Source: a virus (Duplodnaviria > Caudoviricetes). Taken from it: a stretch of 53,591 nucleotides of DNA. The translations under genes were made by a program, and so were the position numbers. The notes under the pieces are model-generated. The model worked only from the letters and a program-made list of their open reading frames with translations. It was not told where the DNA came from and ran no database searches. Within the stretch, counting starts at the first letter, position 1; every line of letters begins with the position of its first letter. Of the stretch, positions 1-9,354 are shown piece after piece. The stretch is from positions 1-53,591 of IMG/VR virus record IMGVR_UViG_3300020477_000033. One strand, 5' to 3'.

Positions 1-2
1 GA

Positions 3-530
3 CATATATTAGAATTTGGCTTTGGTATGGGTATTAGTGCTGGTTTAATACAAGAAAAAGATATTGAATCGCATACTATTATTGAGATTAATGATACTAT
101 ATATAATTCATTAGTCGAGTGGGCTAAAGATAAGCCTAATGTAATAGCAGTAAAAGGTGATTGGTATGATGATATACCTACAGATAAAAAGTATGATGGT
201 GTCTTTTATGATGGATTTGGTGATATGTTAAATAAAAGATATTTTCCTACAAGAATTATGCAGCATTGCAAAGAAGGAACTATACTTACTTGGTATAACA
301 ATCTTTTAAAAGAAGAAAGCCAATATGATGGTTCTGTAAAAACAATGAATAGGACTGAGAAAGGTGTTCCATTAGGAGATTTAGAACAGTTTAAAAATCC
401 AGAAAGAATTACTTACGAAACAGTAAGTTTAACAATACCAGATGAAGCTAGAATAAAATGGTATTTAGAGGGGAGTGGTAATACTTACTATGCCCCTAAA
501 TTAATAGTGGATAATAATGATTTAAATTAA
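3..530 (+). CDS. GAMT/Rmt2-like class I SAM methyltransferase, 5'-truncated copy
   Basis: Frame open from position 3 (HILEFGFGMG); near-identical to 51883..52554. Confidence 0.85.
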   Translation, partial: HILEFGFGMGISAGLIQEKDIESHTIIEINDTIYNSLVEWAKDKPNVIAVKGDWYDDIPTDKKYDGVFYDGFGDMLNKRYFPTRIMQHCKEGTILTWYNNLLKEESQYDGSVKTMNRTEKGVPLGDLEQFKNPERITYETVSLTIPDEARIKWYLEGSGNTYYAPKLIVDNNDLN

Positions 531-565
531 TAAATTATATGCACTTAAAATAATAGGAGAAATAA

Positions 566-835
566 ATGAAAAGAAAGAAACCATATAGACCTTTAAAAGA
601 AGCTAGAAAGACTGCAAGGAAAGTAGGTAAAAAAGGATTTGGAACATCTGGAAAAGGCGGAGTTAAAGGTGCTAAAATTGCAAAAAAGGCAGCTAAGAAA
701 CAGGGTAAAGCTGCTCTAAAAGCTGCTAGAAAGAATGTAAGAGCTATGAGAAAAAGTAAAAGAAGACTTAAAAGACTTACTAGAAAACATGGTAGAGCAC
801 TTTTAAAGAAAGGCTCAATTTCAAGAAAACAATAA
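566..835 (+). CDS. Very basic K/R-rich small protein
   Basis: AGGAG RBS; 89 aa dominated by K, R, A, G. Confidence 0.75.
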   Translation: MKRKKPYRPLKEARKTARKVGKKGFGTSGKGGVKGAKIAKKAAKKQGKAALKAARKNVRAMRKSKRRLKRLTRKHGRALLKKGSISRKQ

Positions 836-851
836 GAAATAAGGAGAAAAA

Positions 852-1019
852 ATGGCTAAAGAACAAGATAAAGCAAAAGAAGTAGTTCAAGAACCTATCA
901 ATTTAGAAGAACAATTGAAGGTAATTGAGGCTCAAATTGCTGAATTGCGTGGAACACACAACTACATAAATAGTCTTTTACAACAAGGCTTTAAAGTTGT
1001 GCCTCCAGCTGAAAAATAG
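852..1019 (+). CDS. Small coiled-coil protein (55 aa, not in ORF track)
   Basis: AAGGAG RBS at 841; MAKEQDKAKEVVQEPINLEEQLKVIEAQIAELRG...PPAEK*. Confidence 0.75.
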   Translation: MAKEQDKAKEVVQEPINLEEQLKVIEAQIAELRGTHNYINSLLQQGFKVVPPAEK

Positions 1020-1025
1020 AAATGA

Positions 1026-1046
1026 GGGGGGAGTAATACTCTCCCC
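1026..1046 (+). terminator. GC-rich hairpin, possible terminator or stabiliser
   Basis: GGGGGGAGT-AAT-ACTCTCCCC; no clear U-tract. Confidence 0.45.
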
Positions 1047-1076
1047 AACATTAACACTTTAGATTACGGAGATAAC

Positions 1077-1367
1077 ATGGAAGTAGGAAAAGACACTAAG
1101 TTTAGTCTTACAATTGAAACAGCAATTAGTATTGTTGTTACCTTAGGTATGGTTATTGGTATGTGGTTTACTCTTAAAGCCGACATAGAAGAAGCAAAAG
1201 AATTACCAGTACCAGAAGTGGGTCGTACAGAATATGATTTAAAAGACCAAATGATACGAAACACAATCATCGAAACGCAAAAAGACGTTACAGAAATGAA
1301 GGAAGAGCAAAAAGAAATGCGTGATGATGTTAAAAATATCGAACGTATGATGATGCAACAAAACTAA
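1077..1367 (+). CDS. Membrane-anchored coiled-coil protein
   Basis: One N-terminal TM segment then heptad-like C-terminus; paralog at 52556. Confidence 0.7.
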   Translation: MEVGKDTKFSLTIETAISIVVTLGMVIGMWFTLKADIEEAKELPVPEVGRTEYDLKDQMIRNTIIETQKDVTEMKEEQKEMRDDVKNIERMMMQQN

Positions 1368-1379
1368 TGAGGAAACATT

Positions 1380-1787
1380 ATGATAAAGACATTCTTATTA
1401 CGATGCTTATTGCTGGGTGGCTTTTTTTGGCATTCATCCTTGCTATATGGGCAATCAACTCTTAAAAATTTACAAGAAGTACAATTCTTAAGTCAAAACC
1501 AATGTGTAGTTATACAGGTTAATGCAGATTGGAATGCAAGAGCTGCTATTGATTTAGGTAAAATGAAAAACTGTGTTTGGTTTAATGCTAGTATAGACAA
1601 TAAAGAATATGGTGTTATAATAGCAAACGAATGGAAGATTGCTTCAGTTCCTACAATACTTATGTTTGAAAAGGGTAAAGAGATTAAAAGATGGGAAGCA
1701 GGATTATCATTTGCATTAAATGCAGACGATATTAAAAAAGAAATCAAAAAAGAAATTGATGAAATAATGTTAAGAAGATTTCAATAA
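1380..1787 (+). CDS. Secreted thioredoxin-fold protein lacking CxxC
   Basis: Signal-peptide-like N-terminus; NADWN at the WCxxC position; SVPT cis-Pro motif; GKEIKR. Confidence 0.7.
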   Translation: MIKTFLLRCLLLGGFFWHSSLLYGQSTLKNLQEVQFLSQNQCVVIQVNADWNARAAIDLGKMKNCVWFNASIDNKEYGVIIANEWKIASVPTILMFEKGKEIKRWEAGLSFALNADDIKKEIKKEIDEIMLRRFQ

Positions 1788-1796
1788 GGAGAAAAT

Positions 1797-2870
1797 ATGA
1801 AGAAATTATTAGCAGGATTAATGTTAATGTGCTCATTGAGTGCTCAGGACTTTTTTAAGTTTAGTACTATTTATGGAGCATACAATTTAACAAGTCCTTT
1901 AACAAAAGACCAAACCTATCAAGTAAGTAATGGTGCTTTACAAGAGATACAAGAAGAGTTAGAAGACCACGGTTCTTTAACTTTAGGTATTAGAAAATTA
2001 GCACGATTTGATTATGAGAATAAACCTGAAGTATGGTATACAGGAAAAGAAGCTCCTATCAATGAAAGTGTTATGATTGGTAATGGTATGGCACAAGGTT
2101 GGGAATATGTATTAGAATACTCTCAACACAAGCAATTTGGTGAAGAGTTTGATAATCATGAATATATGTTAAGATATTTAGCTCCTAAGTTTATCTTTAA
2201 AGCTAACTACGATGCTAAAGGATTAGAAGATTTAGAGTTTGCTGCAGTTGATATGCGATTAAGAAAAAATCTAGGTAATCTAGATTTATCTGTCGGTCTT
2301 GCAGGAAGATCACATCCAGCATATTTAGACTTCCTACCTATTGATTTATGGTGGGATGAACAAGGTATAGATACAAGTGAGTATATTCCTTTTTGGTTAT
2401 TTGCTTATGATAAAGGATATACAGATGAATGGACACAACAATATACTCAATATGGTTATGAGTTTTACGATTGGTTGTGGTGGGATGAAGAAGGAAATCT
2501 TGTAGCAACTACTGATGAAGAGTTTTATACTTTAGTATATGGTGATTTAGTAGATGATTATAATGAAGATTATGCTCGTGATCTAGGCTATCAGTATGAA
2601 TTATCTTTATCTTTAGGATTAGATTATTATAAGTATTTAGATGATAGTTGGATTCACATGTGGAGCACTATATATCCTTATAATAAAGGAATGTCAGATT
2701 ATTCATTTAATTATGAAATAGCAGACAATAAAATAGACTACGATATGGGAATAGTATTAGGATGGAAACTATCTCCTAAATTCGGAGTATTTGTTCAAGG
2801 TCGTTATCTTTCTATGTATGACGTACAAAGTTATGAAGCAATGACTGGTATTAATTGGTTAATATATTAA
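1797..2870 (+). CDS. Putative outer-membrane beta-barrel protein
   Basis: Signal peptide MKKLLAGLMLMCSLSA; alternating beta-strand pattern; C-terminal aromatic (GINWLIY). Confidence 0.6.
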   Translation: MKKLLAGLMLMCSLSAQDFFKFSTIYGAYNLTSPLTKDQTYQVSNGALQEIQEELEDHGSLTLGIRKLARFDYENKPEVWYTGKEAPINESVMIGNGMAQGWEYVLEYSQHKQFGEEFDNHEYMLRYLAPKFIFKANYDAKGLEDLEFAAVDMRLRKNLGNLDLSVGLAGRSHPAYLDFLPIDLWWDEQGIDTSEYIPFWLFAYDKGYTDEWTQQYTQYGYEFYDWLWWDEEGNLVATTDEEFYTLVYGDLVDDYNEDYARDLGYQYELSLSLGLDYYKYLDDSWIHMWSTIYPYNKGMSDYSFNYEIADNKIDYDMGIVLGWKLSPKFGVFVQGRYLSMYDVQSYEAMTGINWLIY

Positions 2871-2879
2871 GGAGAAAAT

Positions 2880-3251
2880 ATGCCTAAATTAAATGTTGTA
2901 GCAGGAATTATAGATAAAGTAGCAGGTCATGTTGATAAGTTTACTTTAGATAAACAAGAAAAAGCTGAATTAATTGCTGAAATTAATAAAGCTCAACTTG
3001 AGGTTAATAAAGTAGAAGCAGGACATACTTCTAAGTTTGTAAGTGGCTGGAGGCCGTTTACAGGCTGGATTTGTGCAACTGCACTTGGATATCATTATAT
3101 TTTACAACCATTACTTACTTTTGTCTTATATTCATTTGGTAATGAAATAACTTTACCAACATTTGACATGACTACATTAACTACAGTCTTACTTGGGATG
3201 CTCGGGCTTGGGGGAATGCGTAGTCTAGAAAAGGTAAAGAGGTCAGCTTGA
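2880..3251 (+). CDS. Holin, GTA 3TM-like family
   Basis: SGWRPFTGW motif, hydrophobic segments, LLGMLGLGGMRS.EK terminus. Confidence 0.8.
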   Translation: MPKLNVVAGIIDKVAGHVDKFTLDKQEKAELIAEINKAQLEVNKVEAGHTSKFVSGWRPFTGWICATALGYHYILQPLLTFVLYSFGNEITLPTFDMTTLTTVLLGMLGLGGMRSLEKVKRSA

Positions 3252-3382
3252 GAAGATCTTTATTTAAAAGTCAAAGAATAGTAAAAAAGAAAAAGAAGAA
3301 AACACGACAAGGAAATAGTAATAATACTAAGTATGGCACTAAAATTAGTAAGAAATACTACAAAAAAAGGAAAAAAAATTAA
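3248..3382 (+). CDS. Small basic peptide (44 aa, TTG start)
   Basis: Start overlaps holin stop; MRRSLFKSQRIVKKKKKKTRQGNS...KKRKKN*. Confidence 0.55.
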   Translation: MRRSLFKSQRIVKKKKKKTRQGNSNNTKYGTKISKKYYKKRKKN

Positions 3383-3399
3383 TTATGTCAAGTAAAATC

Positions 3400-3428
3400 T
3401 TGACATAAAGTAAAAAAACTATTATATT
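3400..3428 (+). promoter_or_regulatory. Sigma70-type promoter
   Basis: TTGACA-17 bp-TATATT; the -35 is one arm of the inverted repeat ATGTCAAG-N6-CTTGACAT. Confidence 0.75.
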
Positions 3429-3440
3429 AGAGGTAAAATT

Positions 3441-3995
3441 ATGGCGACACCACAAGACAAAAAAACTGGTTTATATCCTGATTATTCTGATAGTACATAT
3501 GCTCATTTAGATATTACTACTGAAAATAACATATTAGGTTATGAACAATATGGATCAGGTTGGCAACCTGGAGATGGCTTGATTAACTTCTTTCTTGGAG
3601 AAGACAATTTTGCAAGAGGAGGAAGAAAAGATCTCTTATTACGTCCAAAAGATGGAGATAATGTATATAATCAAATAGTAGACTGGGCTAAGGAGAAATC
3701 CTTTATATCTGATGCAGCTAAAGACAATCTATTAAGACTTTCAGAACCAATAGAAAGTAGAAGAGAATTTGATGCATTTAAAGATGAATATGGATGGGGA
3801 ATGACGACTGGAAATGTAGCTCAAGCTGCTCTTACAAATTGGGCTGCTCCTGGTAAAGCAATAACCGCAGGTGTTGGTGCTTTGGCCAGAAAATTTCCAA
3901 AATTAGCCAAAGGAACTAAATGGACTGGTGGCTTAGGTTTAGGTGGATATGGTAGTTTTAGATTACTTGATTGGTATAATGAAGGAGGAGAGTAG
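3441..3995 (+). CDS. Hypothetical protein
   Basis: 184-aa ORF, GAGG RBS. Confidence 0.7.
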   Translation: MATPQDKKTGLYPDYSDSTYAHLDITTENNILGYEQYGSGWQPGDGLINFFLGEDNFARGGRKDLLLRPKDGDNVYNQIVDWAKEKSFISDAAKDNLLRLSEPIESRREFDAFKDEYGWGMTTGNVAQAALTNWAAPGKAITAGVGALARKFPKLAKGTKWTGGLGLGGYGSFRLLDWYNEGGE

Positions 3996-3997
3996 AT

Positions 3998-5431
3998 ATG
4001 GGACAACAAGAAAGAAAGTTATTAAAAGATCAGCTAAAAGATTATGCAAAAACGAAAGATCAGTTTACAGAACATGTTGATAGTGAGAAAGCTGGTAAAG
4101 ATATTTGGCAAGCTGCTCAAGGCCCATTAGCAGTAGGAACTGGAATAGGTATTTATTTAGCAGGAAAAGGAATACACAGAGGATATAAATCTATTAAAGA
4201 AAAAAGTGGAGTCATAGGAAAAGGTATTAAAAAAATACAAAGACTTGGTGCAAAGATTTCTGAAACATCTAAAGAAAGACAAACAAGAAAAGCAAATAAA
4301 AGATTAAGATTACCTGCACCAAGTGCAGAGTGGTTAGCAAAGTCTGAATTAGAAAAACAAGATGAAATAGATAGAAAAAATAGAAGAATTAGCGATAGAG
4401 ATAAGCCTAAGAAAGCTAGAAAACCTAAAGTAATAAAATTTGGTGAAATAACATATATGCCTGGAGGTAGTAGTAAAAATATTAAACCATTAACTACTCC
4501 AACTAAAGCAGAAAGATCTAAAAAGAAATATGGAGGTAAAAAAACATCTCTTGGATTTATTAAAACAGGTCAAAAGTTTGATCCAGGCAAAAAAGCTAAA
4601 GATAATATTGGCTTAAGAGTTACTAGAACTGAAATGGGAACTCCCACTAAACATAGTTATTATCCTCAAACAAAAGGAAAAAGTAAGCAAGTAAAATCTA
4701 CTCTATATACCGATGCTACAAAGCAAGAGTATTTATATAAACCTACAGGTAAAAAAGGTAAAGCTGGTAAGCAAGTTTTTGATGTAACAACATCTAAAAG
4801 CAAACTTATTCGTCAAGCTTCTGCTCAGCAAAAGATAATTGACCAAGGTGGAAGAAGTCGTGGTGGAAAGATTTTTAAATCACCATCAGCTGTAAAGAGA
4901 GCTGAAAGCAAATTAGCTTCTATTCAACAGCAAGCACATTCACGTTTGTTAACTGGTGGTAAGTCAGGCGGTTTTGGATCAAGTGGAAGACATGCTAAAT
5001 CTACTATATATGATGCAAAATATGGTGGTAAACCTAGAATTGAGTCAATGCCTCAATCTAAAAAGGTAAGACCTCACACTTCTAATTTACCTGCAGTTAC
5101 TAGATATTCACAAGATGCATTAACTAGTCCAATGGTAAGAGCAAAACATGGTAAAAGCACTGTTTTAGTTCCACAAGGACGACAACAAGCCCAAATTGAT
5201 CAAGCAGCAAGAAGTAGATCAGCAAAATTTAGTAGGCTGGCACCAAGAATAACAAAAAGGTTAGAGAGACAAGGAAAAATACCTGGTGAGGCAACTCGTA
5301 CAGCATTAGCTAGAGCTACATCTCCAAGAAAAATTGGAGGAGTTCCAGCATATCAATCTAATGCAGCTAGACAAGCAGCGTTTTCTTTATTAGGTAAAAA
5401 AGGAAAATTCATTAAAAAATTAATTAAATAA
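3998..5431 (+). CDS. Large, very basic low-complexity protein
   Basis: 477 aa, K/R-rich throughout; AGGAGG RBS. Confidence 0.75.
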   Translation: MGQQERKLLKDQLKDYAKTKDQFTEHVDSEKAGKDIWQAAQGPLAVGTGIGIYLAGKGIHRGYKSIKEKSGVIGKGIKKIQRLGAKISETSKERQTRKANKRLRLPAPSAEWLAKSELEKQDEIDRKNRRISDRDKPKKARKPKVIKFGEITYMPGGSSKNIKPLTTPTKAERSKKKYGGKKTSLGFIKTGQKFDPGKKAKDNIGLRVTRTEMGTPTKHSYYPQTKGKSKQVKSTLYTDATKQEYLYKPTGKKGKAGKQVFDVTTSKSKLIRQASAQQKIIDQGGRSRGGKIFKSPSAVKRAESKLASIQQQAHSRLLTGGKSGGFGSSGRHAKSTIYDAKYGGKPRIESMPQSKKVRPHTSNLPAVTRYSQDALTSPMVRAKHGKSTVLVPQGRQQAQIDQAARSRSAKFSRLAPRITKRLERQGKIPGEATRTALARATSPRKIGGVPAYQSNAARQAAFSLLGKKGKFIKKLIK

Positions 5432-5449
5432 AACAGGAGAACCTAGATA

Positions 5450-5656
5450 ATGTCAAATAAAAAAGAAAAAGTTAGTTTAAAAGATACAGCTATGGAAGAG
5501 ATGCAAAAATTAATTGAATCTCATAATCAGCTTATTCAACAAATTAATGATGCTAATGCACAATTAGCAGATCTTAAATCAGCAATCGTAGAAAAACAAG
5601 GATACTTAAAAGGCCTTGAAGACTGCGATGCACAATGCGACAAGGAGAAAAAATAA
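5450..5656 (+). CDS. Small coiled-coil protein
   Basis: AGGAG RBS; heptad pattern. Confidence 0.7.
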   Translation: MSNKKEKVSLKDTAMEEMQKLIESHNQLIQQINDANAQLADLKSAIVEKQGYLKGLEDCDAQCDKEKK

Positions 5657-5657
5657 C

Positions 5658-5750
5658 ATGGCTAAGGCAAAGAAAAAAATGATTGTGAAACTATGGTGGA
5701 TCAATTTAAAGAAAAAAGTAAAGCTTTGGTGGAAAAAGCTCTCTAAATAA
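5658..5750 (+). CDS. Cationic Trp-rich 30-aa peptide
   Basis: AAGGAG RBS; MAKAKKKMIVKLWWINLKKKVKLWWKKLSK*; fills the gap between two genes. Confidence 0.6.
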   Translation: MAKAKKKMIVKLWWINLKKKVKLWWKKLSK

Positions 5751-5761
5751 TAGGAGGTCCT

Positions 5762-6529
5762 TTGAAAGTAAAAAAGCGTGGTATTATAATACCAGATACG
5801 CATTATCCATTACAAGATAATGCAGCAATTAATTGCGTAGTTAAAGCAATTAAAAAAGTCAAACCAGATGTATTTGTTAATCTGGGTGACGTAGGAGAAT
5901 GGGAATCGGTATCAGCATGGAGATATAAAGATAAAAAATTACCTCCATTAGAATACCAAATTCCTATAATTGATGAAGATATTAGGTTAGTAAATGAAGG
6001 GTTAGATGTTTGGGACAAAGTACTTAAACAAGTCGGATGTAAAGAAAAATATTTACTCCAAGGCAACCATGATCTCTGGTTGGATAATTTTGTTACTAAA
6101 TATCCCTATATGGTTGACTATTCTTTTAAGAAAGCATGTAAAATCAAAGAAAGAGGATACAAGTACACAGAATACAACCTCCCAATCCAAATAGGAAAAT
6201 TAACTTTTTTCCATGGAGCGTTTGCTACTACATATCATGCAAAGAAGCATTTAGAGACATATGGTGAAAATGTAATTTATGGACATACTCATGATTTACA
6301 AAGACACACTCAAACTAAACTAGGTGGAACTATAGGAGCCTGGTCCTTAGGCTGTTTAAAAGATATGTCTCATGAAAATAATAAATGGTTAAAGGGTAGG
6401 CTTCATAATTGGGTTCATGCTTTTGCTATTGTTGACTGGTTTTCAAACGGTCATTTTAAGGTAGAAATTGTAGAAATCCATAATGGAGTTACCAGTGTTT
6501 GGGGGGATATTATAGATGGCAATATATAG
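5762..6529 (+). CDS. Calcineurin-like metallophosphoesterase
   Basis: Motifs DTH, GD, GNHD, HG, GHTH. Confidence 0.9.
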   Translation: MKVKKRGIIIPDTHYPLQDNAAINCVVKAIKKVKPDVFVNLGDVGEWESVSAWRYKDKKLPPLEYQIPIIDEDIRLVNEGLDVWDKVLKQVGCKEKYLLQGNHDLWLDNFVTKYPYMVDYSFKKACKIKERGYKYTEYNLPIQIGKLTFFHGAFATTYHAKKHLETYGENVIYGHTHDLQRHTQTKLGGTIGAWSLGCLKDMSHENNKWLKGRLHNWVHAFAIVDWFSNGHFKVEIVEIHNGVTSVWGDIIDGNI

Positions 6530-6644
6530 CAATAATATAGGAAATGAATTTAGGCAATCTGGTCTTACTGAAAGAAGAATGCATAATATGGCTTCCTATA
6601 CTACACCTAAAAAGAAAAAGAAGAAAAAGAAAAAGAAGAAATGA
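6516..6644 (+). CDS. 42-aa peptide with 11-Lys C-terminal tail
   Basis: Overlaps both neighbours (ATGA coupling to 6641); mixed AAA/AAG codons. Confidence 0.5.
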   Translation: MAIYSNNIGNEFRQSGLTERRMHNMASYTTPKKKKKKKKKKK

Positions 6645-9109
6645 AGAATGCTATAAATATTTCTAATTTTTCTGGAGGATTTAATAACTCTACTAATGTA
6701 AGAGATTTATCTGATATTGAATTTGCAGAAATGCTAAATTTAAACAACGAAATACCAGGTAAATTACAACCTTATGGTAAACACGTTAATGACTCCAAAT
6801 GTGATGCTGCCATTTCTATAGATAATGTTATTTATGGAAGTGGTGCGTATCATTTTAATCTTGATAGAACTCTTGATGGTCCAGGAACTATAAGTAATAC
6901 TGAATATATTGCAGTAAATGATCCTACAAATAAAACTGTTAAGTTTATAAACTATACAGGAACTAGTAGTGGTTCTAACAGTATCTCAGCTAAAACAGCA
7001 GTATATGGAGGATCATCTACTACTCAAAAAGTATGTGTTTATGCTCAAGACGGAGATATAAGAGTAGTTCCACATCCTGGGAGTACTGGAACACCTAAAG
7101 TTATGCATTATTTACAAGGAATTAGAGATTTTGGAAATACTGGAACAACTAATTTAGCTATATCACTTAATGCTTATAATTCTGATGATTTATTTATTGC
7201 AGGATTAACAGGTAAAGTTGGAAGTGCAGCTACTACCAATAATTTAGATCCAGAAAGATTATATAAAAAAGGAGAAGTATTTAAACCTAATTATAAATCT
7301 GAATTATTTATGGAATCTAATTTAACTAGTGCCAATATTTTTGATGAATCAGGTAATACAGTTGATGATTCATATGATAGATCAAGAGCTGATCATCATA
7401 GTTTATTTGGAGCAAATACAGATTATGGTGCTGGACTATCAGATGATAAAGGTTCCATGGCTGTAATAGCTTATTGGGGAAAGAAAGGGAATGCTACAGA
7501 TCAAGATGATACATCTGAAGCTGTTATATATCCAGCATCACAGAAAAAAGTTTATGGACTATGGGCATCATGTCTATATAAAAATTCAGAATCTCCTGCT
7601 TTATTTTTAGGAGATATAGCACAGCAAGATGTTACTGGAAATAATGAAAGAAAAAGATTTTTATATTTTGGATTATATGGAAGAGTTCCTAGCACAAATC
7701 AAAGAATTACAGGTTATAAGTTTTATTGGGGATTAATAGAAAATTATGATACTAGTGCTAATGATTATGCATCTGGTTCTGTTACTAGTAAATTCTTATT
7801 GGCAGAAGTTGACTTTATTCAAGGTATTAGATGGGCAGGAAAAGATACTTATGATAACTTTACTGAAGAATTAACATCTTCAAGCGGGGGAAATTTTTAT
7901 AATTATATATATCCTGTAGGGGCTTATGCTAATGCAAGTTATTTTGTAGGTAAACAAATAGGTAAATTATCTTTAGAGGAACCTTATTTAGTTGATAAGA
8001 GATCATTAATAGGGCCTGCAAATACGGGATTTAAGACCGTTGCAATAGCTAACCGAAGGGCATATATAGGTAATGTTAAGTATTACGATTCTCAGGGCAA
8101 TCTCGTTGAAAAAAACGATAGAATTTTAAAGAGCAAGATCAATGAATTTGATTACTTTGAAGAAGATGGGTTTATTGATGTAGAGGTTGAAGATGGAGAT
8201 GATATTATTTCTCTTCAGACTGTTGGTCCAAAATTATTAGAATTTAAAACACAAAAATTATATATTATTAATACTTCTAGAAGATTAGAGTTTTTAGAAG
8301 GAGTGTTTGAATATAAGGGTGCAAACTTTGAAAATCATATTACCAAAGGAGAAGGATTTGTAACATGGTTTAATGAACACGGTCTTTACGTATATGATGG
8401 ACAAAGAATTCATGATTTAGTTATTGGAAAAAATGGACAGCCATTAATAGATGATTTTAAAACTACTATATATAACGATGATTCAGTTATAGGCTATATG
8501 CCTAAAACTAAAGAAATAATTATACTTGCTAAAGATAATGTTGTTTTAAAATATGATTTAAAATCAGAATCTTTTACAAGAAGCACTACTCAAATGCAAA
8601 CAGTAGATATAACTAATACAATTAATACTAACGATGGTACATTGTCTTATTTTTATCAAGAATCTGGTAGTCCTGATGTAATGAAAATGCAAAATTGGAG
8701 TAACACTCCACAAAGTATTACATATGGAAGTAAAACAACATTATTAAAAACAAAAGAATGGGATTTTACTAATCCTGCAGCAAGAAAAAATATATATACT
8801 ATTTATATTAACTATAAAGCTGGAGATAATGTTTTTGTTGGTGGCTATGCTACTAAGTATAATGCATCTCCTGTAGAAGGTAGTTTAACTGATGTTAATC
8901 AAACATTAGCAAGCCCTGGTGCTAATTGGGCTGGAACAGAATTGACTAATACATCAAATGAATTTAAAACAGAGAAAATTAAAGTATCTAGCAGTAATTT
9001 TAAAAATGTTTTATCGTTTGGTTTAATTTTTTATGGAAATGGTGCAGTTAGTAATAATTTCGTATTAAATGATATTCAAATAGTATTTAGAGGAAAGGTT
9101 CTAAAATGA
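6641..9109 (+). CDS. Tail tubular/nozzle (stabilisation) protein
   Basis: N-terminal NFSGG motif; 822-aa beta-rich protein; lies before ejection genes as in podoviruses. Confidence 0.65.
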   Translation: MKNAINISNFSGGFNNSTNVRDLSDIEFAEMLNLNNEIPGKLQPYGKHVNDSKCDAAISIDNVIYGSGAYHFNLDRTLDGPGTISNTEYIAVNDPTNKTVKFINYTGTSSGSNSISAKTAVYGGSSTTQKVCVYAQDGDIRVVPHPGSTGTPKVMHYLQGIRDFGNTGTTNLAISLNAYNSDDLFIAGLTGKVGSAATTNNLDPERLYKKGEVFKPNYKSELFMESNLTSANIFDESGNTVDDSYDRSRADHHSLFGANTDYGAGLSDDKGSMAVIAYWGKKGNATDQDDTSEAVIYPASQKKVYGLWASCLYKNSESPALFLGDIAQQDVTGNNERKRFLYFGLYGRVPSTNQRITGYKFYWGLIENYDTSANDYASGSVTSKFLLAEVDFIQGIRWAGKDTYDNFTEELTSSSGGNFYNYIYPVGAYANASYFVGKQIGKLSLEEPYLVDKRSLIGPANTGFKTVAIANRRAYIGNVKYYDSQGNLVEKNDRILKSKINEFDYFEEDGFIDVEVEDGDDIISLQTVGPKLLEFKTQKLYIINTSRRLEFLEGVFEYKGANFENHITKGEGFVTWFNEHGLYVYDGQRIHDLVIGKNGQPLIDDFKTTIYNDDSVIGYMPKTKEIIILAKDNVVLKYDLKSESFTRSTTQMQTVDITNTINTNDGTLSYFYQESGSPDVMKMQNWSNTPQSITYGSKTTLLKTKEWDFTNPAARKNIYTIYINYKAGDNVFVGGYATKYNASPVEGSLTDVNQTLASPGANWAGTELTNTSNEFKTEKIKVSSSNFKNVLSFGLIFYGNGAVSNNFVLNDIQIVFRGKVLK

Positions 9110-9354
9110 ATATTGGAAAAAAAATTAGAGATAAACCATTATTAAATCTTATACAAGAAAAAGAAAATAATATTGAGTTTGATAAACAGCAAGCACAATA
9201 TGAAACTCCTATAGATGTTGTTTCATCTAGAATACCAGTGAAAACTGAAGGAAATGTAGGAGATCGTATGGTTGTAAAATTAGGTCATGATGCCTATTTG
9301 TATGTTAAGGTTGAAAAAAATAAATGGATGAAGGTACAATTGGAGGAATTGTAA
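9106..9354 (+). CDS. Hypothetical virion-associated protein
   Basis: Translationally coupled 82-aa ORF. Confidence 0.65.
   Translation: MNIGKKIRDKPLLNLIQEKENNIEFDKQQAQYETPIDVVSSRIPVKTEGNVGDRMVVKLGHDAYLYVKVEKNKWMKVQLEEL

Larger units (their letters stand above)
1..2122 (+). repeat. Left copy of imperfect terminal duplication
   Basis: Position 1 aligns to 52022 and 2122 aligns to 53591; same genes in same order; left copy is about 550 bp longer. Confidence 0.95.

Noticed and set aside
1380-1787. Redox-active thioredoxin
   Set aside because: The WCxxC site is replaced by WNARA
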